The notes under the pieces are model-generated. The model was not told the DNA's origin and searched no databases. It saw only the letters and a program-made list of their open reading frames with translations. From Trichoplax adhaerens (lineage: Eukaryota > Animalia > Placozoa), in contig NW_002060965.1 in the NCBI RefSeq assembly GCF_000150275.1, forward strand, positions 310,001-374,000: DNA of 64,000 nt, in the 5' to 3' direction. How positions within the stretch are numbered: position 1 is the first letter of the stretch; the number at the start of each line of letters is the position of its first letter. Positions 12,801-24,300 of the stretch are shown here, piece by piece. The position numbers and the translations under genes are program-made.

Positions 12801-14403
12801 AGGAATTTAAATGACAGCGATAGCATATTTGCATATACGATGGCTACTCTGCAACAGAACTAGAACGCATACCTTCATTCTACGTGAAAATAGTTTACCC
12901 TAATATTAAGAATTAAATTAAAAAACGAAATATTAATGTGCGAAGGTTTACATTAAAACGAAGTAATTTAGTAGACCGTAACTGATGATGTAACCAAGTA
13001 GAAGTGGGTATTACATGATGATAACGAACAATTCTATTCGAGAATTCATTAAAATAGTTTTCTCCTATCAGAAGAGTTATTACAATAATTTTAGAACTAT
13101 ACAGTATGCCTACTTGCTCGTTTGCATTAATACATCGCATTATAGTACATCGACAATTTATAAAAATTTTCATTTATCATCGCGAAGTGTACAACTTTTA
13201 AATGTCTTGACAAGCAGCTTTCATTCTAATACTTATGTTACAGGTGTTTCAAATCTTCATTAACCCGCACTTTTAGGCAAAAGATTACATCTTTTATAAG
13301 CGGCTTACAGAATTATACCTTTAAATAAGACGAATGTCGAAATACTTAGTGGCTCAATTGTTAATTTAAAATAAAATCATTGCAGCAGTTGCATCTCACC
13401 TTCATATATGTTTCTCATACGTAATTTTTTACGATAGAATAGCTATATTTTCATCTCGCTACCAATGTTATAAGTTTCGTAGCAATGACATATTACAAAC
13501 AGTAAGCAGATGTCTTCTATTCATGGATCTCCAAGTTAAAAATCATATCTCCTTATCTGTCATTGTAATGAGGCAGACTTTATCTTATTCTATATGAATT
13601 TATTAAATTACAATAAAGTTAGACCTGCAAAAACTTAAGATAAAAATCTACTTTTAGTACAATATTTAAAATGTTCATGCAAGCTAGCCTATAATAGCAG
13701 AACAGTAAAACAAGCGATACTACCTCTAAATTTCTACGATTTCTATCGCTAAATCAAATCAACGAACAAACAGTTTACTGACCAAGCTGTCTATAAATCA
13801 TAGTAGTTATGAATCTCTTCTACTTTTCTGGACTTAGATTACTCTCTAGCTGTCTCTTCTACCAAGAGACGTTAAGTTGGTTGATTGCAAGTTTACGTTA
13901 ACCTTGTAAAATAATACTAGGCAATAGTTAGTCCGGTTCTTTATGAAATCTAACGGTTTAAATCACTTTTTGAACGTAGTAACTTTCAGTCGTTTCTTTT
14001 CTACTTTATTAAAAAATTTACTTTATTTCTATCTTTACACAATATAAAGGATGGCTATTACTGAAATTCGAACGTTATTTGATTTATTCCTCTTGTAACC
14101 GATTGTCTTTCTTTTTTTGTCTAAGGTGCCCAACGAATCTTAGATTTAATTTCCAAAACTCAAATCTTGAATGACATCAAAGCTGTCAATTTAAAAGTGT
14201 TTTACGAATGTCTCGGCCTAAAGCATTTTAAAGTCAAAACAATCTTGAGCAGTAATCTAACAATAGGAGATAGACTAAAAAATATAATTAAAATTTGGTG
14301 CAACGAAAAACAAACCGAAGCAACAAAAAGAGTTCTCGTTGAAGCTTTGTCTAAAGTTGGATTAGATAAAGCAGCTGAATTGGTATCCAAGTCTCAGAAG
14401 TAA
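9871..14403 (+). CDS. Gene A: unknown N-terminal domain X + coiled coil + C-terminal Death domain (adaptor-like); 1-bp frameshift in exon 2 (pseudogene or assembly error)
   Basis: Exons 9871-10469, ~11836-12625, 14126-14403 (phases 2 and 1 compatible). Exons 1-2 are paralogous to gene B (WPEDF, ACDLVRIYEQQ, KKFA.DM, KKGS.L, YGFRQL). Last exon has a Death-domain pattern (LGL...V..I...L..II..W.....EAT...LVEAL..VGL..AAELV). Frameshift near 11900 versus the paralog. Confidence 0.7.
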
Positions 14404-15445
14404 ATATCAATGCAGCATATGCCTGCAGCTACAGCAAATCTGAATACCATTTGAATATTATCTCGCCTGAAAGCATAGACGTAGATCTTGATGGAATATC
14501 TATAATAAATGGTTGAAACAGTACTGCATACTAATTGCCAGAGCATATTAAATTCCTAGCGTGATAACGGCCTCAGGACGTCTTAATGAGCGATTCTATC
14601 TTCATGTCAACGGCATATAATACACAGTTTATAGGAATATTCATATGCATAATGTATGATGTAAGCTCATATTTAGAAATTGAAACAGTATTTGTCGTAC
14701 CATTTTATGGAAGAATATTTTGCAATCACTGATTATGCAAGTCGACAGAGTTTAAAGTTAGTCAGCTACGATACTTGTACTCGTATTAGTCAGTATTCCA
14801 TTTGAATATCCAACAAGACCAAGTATACAGTATTATGATCTGCGCGATTTTATGTAACTAATTACATAATTGTTCTACTATTTACCTTCTATTGATCTGC
14901 AATGCTGCGATTATCTTACTCATTACTTTAAATATCATAGTAGCAATCAACCATGTAATTTAGTCGATCTTATAATAGTGGTCTTACGTAGACAGACTAC
15001 GACAGGGGCTATTCAATATAATTATAAAAATAGCTATCTTTGGCAATTCCCGAAATTTAGTCCAATACTATGCTAGCCACGTTATATTCGGTGTAGTTCA
15101 TATAACAACCAAGCTATCAATTATTTCACAGCTTACAGCACAGTAAGGAAAAGAAAAATGCAATAAATTCCTTACCAATCAACCTGTCTTATAGTATAGG
15201 ATAACGATGTCATTAACATTAAATAAATTCATTTTATTTTTTATTATTCAACGATTTCATTCTTAGAAATACTTTTCGACTATTCCAATAGCAGGCATTA
15301 CTTAAAATAGTACAGATAGATAAAAGAATAGATAAATCTTCACTTTTAAGTATCACACATAAAAAAATTCTATTCAAGTACATAATAGAATAACTTTACT
15401 TAAAAGTTTGTCCTACATTTTATAGAGATTCAATAAATAAGCTAA

Positions 15446-15945
15446 TATTAATGAAATCGATTTAGAAAATAGAATATATCAATTTCAGGATCTAAAAGAA
15501 TTGAGCAAAGTCTTACGCCAAGCGTCATATGCCTAAAATTTGACAAATTTGTGCATATCTAGAATAAAATCTTAGTATTTAGCTCTAGGGAATTTAGATG
15601 AAGACATGAAATTTAAGCAAAGTGATGAAATACTTTCACTAGCAGAGAATTAAATTCGATTAGCAAGTTATTGTAACTGGAAAATTTCAAAGGAAATAAA
15701 AATTATATGGCAAGACTTGCTGTTATAGACTAGAAATAGTGAGAACCGAAAGAGTATAAGATTTACGAATCTGTCGCATCTGCACTTACTTCAAGTTGAT
15801 TTAAATAGATTGAATCTTAAAGGAATCGTTTTTAAAGTAAAGCATTGTGCAGTTTGTAGCAAATAAGAATATTACTTGCCTGAATAAAGGAATTGAATGG
15901 TTTCTCTCCAATATTTAAGCACTAAATTAATTTCTTTATCCAACA
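15446..15945 (+). pseudogene. Decayed leucine-rich-repeat-like coding relic
   Basis: One frame reads INEIDLENRIYQFQDLKELSKVL, LTNLCISRI, EILSLAEN*I, FTNLSHLHLLQVDLNRLNLKG with several stops; ends at a gtaagt donor. Confidence 0.3.
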
Positions 15946-16455
15946 GTAAGTAAGGTTATTAATAATCTATCTCAATATAAAAATCATTTAAATTAGTATC
16001 GTAATTTACTATTATTTACAGCATGTGCTATATCCTCTAACTTAGTATTATTATGAATACGCACGAATATCATCCTCCGGTACAACATAAGATAGCATAA
16101 CTGTATTGGTGATTGTTATCATACGAGAACTATATCTAGTTAGGTGATCTGACAAATCTGTAACTAATCAGTATCCGAAAGACTACATACTTATAATATT
16201 GCACATCGTGCAATCAGTCATGCAAGAATTGAGTGATTGAGAGGTTTTATTCATTCTAGTTTCTAGAGATACTCTTAAAGTTCTGAATAGTAAAGTTCTT
16301 GAGATATCTGTAGTGGAGTACATTAGTGATATATAACTTCTTAAATTGCTGAGAGTAATTCTAAATCTATTTCAATAGAAATTATTAAACGTAACTTATA
16401 AAGATTCCACAAGTATTGCTTCATCCCCGAGTCTTACAAGAGTACCTTCGTCAGG

Positions 16456-16456
<1 letters not shown>

Positions 16457-16486
<30 letters not shown>
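16457..16486. repeat. (TA)n microsatellite
   Basis: About 15 TA units; shorter tracts at ~48167-48186 and ~51177-51189. Confidence 0.9.
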
Positions 16487-16489
<3 letters not shown>

Positions 16490-18356
16490 ACATGTATTCA
16501 TTGAGGGCTGCAAATACAAAAACTAACTAAAGCTAAAGTTTCATAGTATTTCTTTAAAAATTTATTTACTTGTTCACGAAAAAATTATTGCACTGATTTG
16601 ATTTTGAATAAATATAGTTACATTATTACAATAACAAACAAAAGTAGCAGTTTATTTAGTCTTTTAATTCAATTAACCAATCAGTATCAATTTGGGGCAA
16701 GTCAATGATTTCTGAAATGAACTCCTGAGGGTTAAGTAAACTTATAGAAATTTTTGTTTCTTCACGTACGATATCAGTAATAGGATTATCTAGTAGTTAG
16801 CAATCACTGAATTAAACTGTGGAAAGCTATTCCAGCATTCAAAATATCACTATATCTTTTCACATTAATAACTTCTTTATGGGCCTTGATGTCATCCAAT
16901 ACCGCATGATATCTGATCCTTGAAGGAGAACACATTAAATTTCAAATATAGAAATGGAACCAGAAAAACAAATCAAGCCTACAAATTAAGTACCATTCAT
17001 AACATATCTGTAGATCACAATTTTATAAGCTAACCTATTGCCTTCAATAAAGACTAATAAACATCAATACTCTAGATTAACACCTAGCATAATGTATCAT
17101 ATAATATTATAAATCATAATCATAAACTCTAATCTAACTTTGATAAACCTTTAAAAATGGGGTGATATTTAATTTCCATAGGCATAGATTACATTTTTAG
17201 CATTTTTTGAATGGGTAATGTACTATTTTTTATTTGTATCAGCTTGCCAAATAATTTAGATTATCAATTTAATGAGGGGATTTCTTTCGAAACTGTAAAC
17301 AAGAATTTAAATAAAGATATACAATGGTTACAATTCTAACTGATTAGCTCTTGTAAATAGTTTATCCGTTCCAACATTACTTTTTTACAATAGTTTTTTT
17401 CATCATTGTATACCACTAGCTACATTAAAAATTTGTACTACGTACCAGATTTCTCGTCCTCTATTTCCATTCTTTTAAAGAACTAGTACTTGTTCAAAAG
17501 CTTTATTTTACAAAGAATCTAAAATCTCTTCCTTCCTTACTCGAAGAAAACTGATTTCACTTAAAAACAGTGAGAAATACTTCTTAGCCCTTTCTACTAT
17601 CAAACTTCTAGTCAGCGTAACTGGTCAAAAAAATACTGCCCTTTGTAAATAACTCAATATAACGATTTCTTTGTGATCTACCTTAACATAATATGAAATT
17701 GACCACAATATCAGGTTGGGTATTTAGATCGCTCCGTAGCTTCTTAATGTATTCTTAAATATAGGCATTTTTTTATTGGCTTAGTATAGAAATCTGTACT
17801 GAGTCTGTTTCAACTATACTCAAACACTGTTATTCTCAGTTATTTATAGTACACACAATTTTCGCAATTTCCAATCTATTGCAATTACATAATCTATCAT
17901 GGAATATGTGGTATCTAATACTACAATCCTGTTCTCCGCATGCGTTGCATATCAAAAGTTATAAATACTGATGATTTTTGTCTCCAATTTGTTAGTTTTA
18001 CCTGTCCATGTTAGTATCAACGCGCGCTGTAATTCGGTAGCTTACATGCTGATCTAGCAACTAACGCACTACATTTTACACAGTTACTATCTACAATAAA
18101 GTATCCATCTTTTCAATAAATCCCTAATATAATTCTGTGAATGGCTACTAAGTCCACATTTGCAGACTATTCGAACCCTACATTACACAAAGTAACAAAC
18201 AGAATACTGTAATTGTTAGCGATGCAAACTTAAAAAGCAAACAAGAAGCCGTCACAAGTCATCCGGAACCGTTCCCAGTAAAAACGACCTTGCAATTTAA
18301 AATTTATCTAAATTTTTCATTCAATTATAAGAATTTTAAGCCTTTCCTATATTACC

Positions 18357-21300
18357 ATGGCAAATCAACAAGAGGCTGGCAAATGGCCAGAAGATTTTGA
18401 TGACAGTCAATTCAAGAATGGATCAAAGATTAAACAATTTTTAATCACCTTCATTAAAAATTTTATCTCAGTGTTGCAAGAGATGTCTAATATGCTTGAA
18501 CTTCAAATTGAATTAAAGTCAGGGATAATTGCAGATTCTACATCACAATTTCTGGATGGTATTAAATCCTTTCTATTAGCAGTCTCGCATGATGGACTGT
18601 ATAATATAGCAAAGGGAAACGAAATAATACAAAGACTAATCGACGAAATTACCGAAAGGCGCGATCGTAAATTCATCAAAAAAATTATTGACCGTCTAAC
18701 TCCCAACAAAGATAGCATTAAATTAGCTATATCCATAATGGCTTGCGATCTTGTCAGAATCTATGAGCAGCAAATATCTATTATTTCTGGTTATAGCGAT
18801 AATTACTACGTTAAAAAATTTGCAAATGATATGGTCAAGGTGATCATCAGGTACATTTTAAATGAGGAAGATCGCCCACCGGAAAAGCCGACTGATATTG
18901 CGAAATTTGTTATCCCATGTCTTTTTAATCCTAATTTTGCCAAAAAAAAGTGGTTAGTTGAGATTTTATAGAATAATTTTATTTGTAAATCTCATATTGT
19001 TCTATAGCAACTTTAATTGATAAGTAGAGAAGATGGTTTTTAGTTGCCCATAGTGATTTCAGCTAATAATAAAAGTAATGCGTAGTAAAATTTCTACATA
19101 AATTTAAAGTCAGCACTCTGTAAGCTAGATTAGACATATCTATTTAATACAGTAATTGTAGATGATGGCTAGTATGATGAGACGGTGTGTACTAGTACTA
19201 ATAGTACTATGTTATCTACAGAATTGACTGTATATTAATAACTCAAAACTGAGTTGATGGATTGTGAACCAAAGGGTTATAAAATTTGTTCATTAAAATA
19301 AAGATACCTTTTTTAGCGAAATCACTGTTTAAACCCAATAGTAAAATAGTTCAATACTTTATCATTATTCTACTAGTATGAGCCAGCTCATCGCATTCCA
19401 TTTTATCTTAATGTTTTTTACCAAAATTATAAGCAATTATAACTTACACCTACTTGGATTAAATTTTTAGAATAATAACTAATATGAGATGCAGATAAAG
19501 GCAATATAAATGGATTGATGATGATATTTTATAACTTCACTATCATTCCACTAACTGATGAGCTAGCTAACTGTACTTCACTTAGCCTAGAGACTTTTTC
19601 AACTAAAATCATGCGTAATCTTAACTCTAATTTTACTTAGATCCTATGCATATAATGAGTTCCTTAATTAATAAAATTCACAATTTACATAGGTTAATGA
19701 TAGACATTAGTTATGTAAAACTACTTTCGAAAGGAATTTCTTACGTATTTCTTAGTGTATACCTACGCGCCGTAAATGGATTCTAAAAGCTCTTTGGTTG
19801 ACAAATACTCGTTTAAATTGCAGTTATTAAAATTAGCAATTGTCTAAAGTGAAGAAATTAGGTCACCACTTGTTCAACCCGAAAAGTATGATTTAATTAT
19901 AGCACGCCTGATGAAGAAAATTCCATTTTCTTACCATTAAGATAATAATTAAATGTGGCTAAGTAAGATCAGTCGGGTGAATTAATAAGTCTAGCTTCTA
20001 CGATAGCTATTCCATGTGATTCCAAAATCACATGAGTAAATTATACAGTAGTATAAATCTATATAACTGTCAGCTACATCTTTAAATGCATATGATACGA
20101 AGAAAGCAAGTACACCATTTATCGTATCAGCCATCATACTATTACTTATTAAACATAGCAGACTATTCTGCTTGCTAGTACTACTGTACTCATGCTGTAG
20201 CTGCCAATTATTGAATGACTAATATTTATACTGCAGGAAATATGCTAAGTGTCCACTACGATAATTAATTAACACATTGATGCTATTCATTCTTTTAGCC
20301 ATGTTTCATGGCAAAATCGTTTTAAAATGCTACAGCAAGTACTTTCATACCATAATCCTATTTTTAGGTTCAAAATAAAGAAGGGAAGTGAATTAGAAAT
20401 AGTCTTACAAGAAAATGGAAAGCTGAAAAAAATCAATTCACCAGATTTAATTATCAATACTGGAATTAGAGTAAAGGTGAATAATTCTTTTAAGTGCTAT
20501 GATCTAAGCCACGGTGGAAAAATTGCTCTATATGGCTTCCGACAGTTGTCCTTTTTCAGCATTGGCAACCATAAAGACATAGTGAACGGCATCAACGATA
20601 TTACGCATCAAATTAATATCAATGATCAATCATTATATCAGTATAAAAGCAAATTAAGCGGAAATCTAGATATGGAATCCTTTATTCATTATGCTGAACA
20701 GGTTCTAAATGTCGCCACACAGAAAGATCGATTTGAAATCACTGCTACGGTCAATGATGATCAAATCAATATAATTACCACATTATTAACAGAGGATATT
20801 TCAAATTTAATCAATGATAAAATGGATACGTTCAAAATCTACCTGAAAGAAGCGTTTGGGAAAGAAATGAAAGAGATGAAAGAGATACTAGAGAAGATTG
20901 CAAAGTATCAGGATTTGATTACAAATGAAAAATTCATTTTAACTAACTCAATTGAAGAGATTTCAAAGGCTTTTAACATTCATACTAAAAAGATGATAGA
21001 AAATCTAGAAAAAGCAGGAACTGAACGAAAGCAAATTTTAGCGCTTAATCTTAGAATAGAGCAAAAGTTAGATGGTTTAGTAAATCAAATACAGAGCAAT
21101 CCCACAGATGCATCAGGTCTTAATCAACCCAACCGGAATATATCACAAGAGAGCGACAGTAAGGATACCACAGTCATTAGCAAACCTCTTTTAAAAGGTG
21201 ATAAATATCTTCACTTTTATATAACAGCAATAATTGAAATAGATCATAGATCACACCAGTAAGTCAGCAAAATTAAATGAATTTAGCTGATAATCATATC

Positions 21301-24300
21301 ATATTTACGATGGTCACATTGCAACAGAACTGTAACACACGTCTTTATTCATGGGATAACAAATTACTCTAATTAGGATCTAAATTATCGAAAAATATAT
21401 GATATGGAATACTTTTTGCGATATACAGCATGAAGCACAGCCCACACATTTTCAATAATATCTAAGCTGTAGCAACCATAATTACAACAGGATTCATTAA
21501 AATAGTACTCGCATGTCACAAAAGAGAGTTACCAGCAAATTAAAACAATACGGTTTACCTATTTACTCGGTTGCATCACGTATTGTAGTACGTCGACAAT
21601 TTATAAAAATTTCAATTATCTTCATCAATAAAATCCAGATAAATCCATTAGCCGGATATCAAAACTTACTATATAGAGATACCTTCAAAGTATTACTCAT
21701 TAAATCGTACTTAAAACCTTAATCATGACCTACTTTTAACTTTAGATTTGCTAAAGAATTTTCCGATCGTACCGGACAGTCACTATATTCGTCGAGAAAA
21801 ATGGATAACTAAAATTTGTGATCAATTAAAGGAAATTGGCACGAATGGCGGTCAAGTTTTAATCTATGGTTCCCCAGGAATTGGTAAAACTGTAGCAGTT
21901 GCTCAAGCAGTAGAGCGAAGTGTAATTGAGCTAGGCCACTTTCAATCCTATAAAGCATATTGGCTAGATATAGGTACTGTTAGCCATTTTAAAAATAAGA
22001 CTTTTCTAAATTTATAGATAGTATTCTATAAAGTTTACAATGTATTATACAACATAATATTTAATGTATGAAATAAGACATAAATGTTGCATGCAATTTC
22101 CTTCAACTAGAACTTAAGCGCTCTGATAGGATACTTCGTTTTATTTGCTCCGAAAATAGAGACATAAATAACATTTTTAATATCTAGCTAACTAGAAACA
22201 CAAGTTTAAAGCTGCAGGTCCGGAAATATACCGTACTATCTAAAATTATAACGTATTATGCTATAGCTGCTGACAGTCACAGCTGCTTGCTATCACTGTA
22301 TTTCCTAAATCAAATTACAACAAGCTTTTACGTAATATACCATAAGTATAAAGACGCTAATAAGGAAAACATATATCTAAAGTGTTACAGTCGATATTAA
22401 GCCATTGGGTGAAAGCATAAAGAAACTTAAAACAAAGATTTTCTAGTTTTAGAACAAAGTACTGGCTCATAAATTCGTAAAGTGAATACGTTTTTGCTCG
22501 AGCAGGATTGGATTATTTCTGCGTAAGATCAGAAGTACCATTAATAGCATTCGTTCTAATAAACATATACCTCATTTAACATTTATTGGAGAAATTTGCT
22601 TATAGGATTAACGATAAATCCCTTCTTATCAGTTCTCTCATTATTAGAAAAAAATCTAAATTGACAACAAGATTATATTAGAAACTTGAAAGCATTGGTT
22701 AACAAATTTTTGCCACTATTAGCTGTAATGATTGAAGTTCATTACAGTATTTATGTATTAAATTAGCATATAGAACTTTGCCTATGCAAAGGCACAAATA
22801 TATATGTACTATCTCTGAGTTAGATCTGATCTGTTTAATAATAAATGTACGAGTATATAATTATAATAATTTTAATATTTAGGTAAAATAAATGAAGATC
22901 AGCTAGCAGAAAAGTTAAAAAGCTTGTATCAAATTCTTAGTGGTTCAAAAGTCTTTTCCAATGAATTGCCCAGCATTCTGGATAATATTAATAGACTCTT
23001 TGAAGGTAACAAACGAATTTCAGCTTAATACCAATTCTTAAATTTGACAAACAGCTATTGTAGCATTAATTTTCCCTTAAAAATATCAGAGAATAGAATA
23101 AAGTCATTACATAATCAATTATGTGGTAATTTAATCGTATTCTTATCGAATTATTCTAGAGGATAAGAAAGTAGGAAATAATCTATTTGTTTTTGATGAT
23201 ATTTGGCATCCTTCATATTATAATTATTTTAAATTTGCTAAAAAATCAATCGCTACATCAAGAGAAATTAATCCGAATAATAAATTGCAGCCCTCAATCG
23301 AAATATCGGTAAGCACATTTAAATATTACTTAATATTGTAGTTTAAATATTTTTTTATTCGTATTTCATTTTAAAGCAATAATTAATTTCATAATTAGAA
23401 TTAAAATTGAAAATATACGTATCAGAAATTTTACCCATCTCTCAATTAGCTAAGCTATATAGCACATTGAACGTGAATTTAGAATAAGGTATATTAACTA
23501 TATTTATAGGAAGGTTTTACCGATATTGAAGTTCGTGAGGTTTTTAAGAAATATGAAAAAATAGAGAATGCCGAAATTTGCAAAGAGGACCCGTGGATTG
23601 ATGATATAATTATAGCTTCCGGAGGCTTACCTTTAGCTATTGGCTTAATTGGCGGCCTTGGTTTAAGAACCAATGAGCAGTGGAAAAATGCTCTTAATTC
23701 CATCAGAGATGCGAAATGCCCCATAAAAATTCCAAATTATGAAAATAATCTATGGGGAACAGTGGAGTTAAGCATAAAAAATTTAGGTGAACATGAGCAA
23801 AAATTTCGGCAACTTGGTGCCTTTAAATACCCAAAAGTATCCATTGATTCTATTACATCATTATGGCAGTGTGAAAAAGAAGTAGGACAAAGTATTTTGA
23901 GGAAATTTCATAGTAAATCATTGCTAAAATCTTTAGATTACGAAAGGTAAGAGCTATACATTGCATGCCAACGTTCATAATTTAATTCCTAGAACGCTTC
24001 CATTTCCTGAATGTAATATTCTGCCAGTTCTTGATAGTAGCATAGTTGTGCCTATGACAGCAATACTGATTAGGAGGCATTAAAATCGCCTTCTATCACT
24101 TCATTTTAATCATTTGTAGTAGTAGCTCTGACAATGAAGTTGAAAGAGCTTTTATTGATCCTATATTAGTCTTTAATGTAATAAAGAATTGACCAAAAGA
24201 GTAGTTTGGCGTAGTACAAGACAGGCTCCATAATAAATTATTTACATCCCTTCTACAGGCACGTAGTTACTAATTCTTTCCTTAAAACAAAAAATCGTTG

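Noticed and set aside
10002-23724. Minus-strand ORFs 10002-10247, 14202-14390, 18503-18736 and 23494-23724
   Set aside because: Antisense to real exons of genes A and B; no independent motifs.
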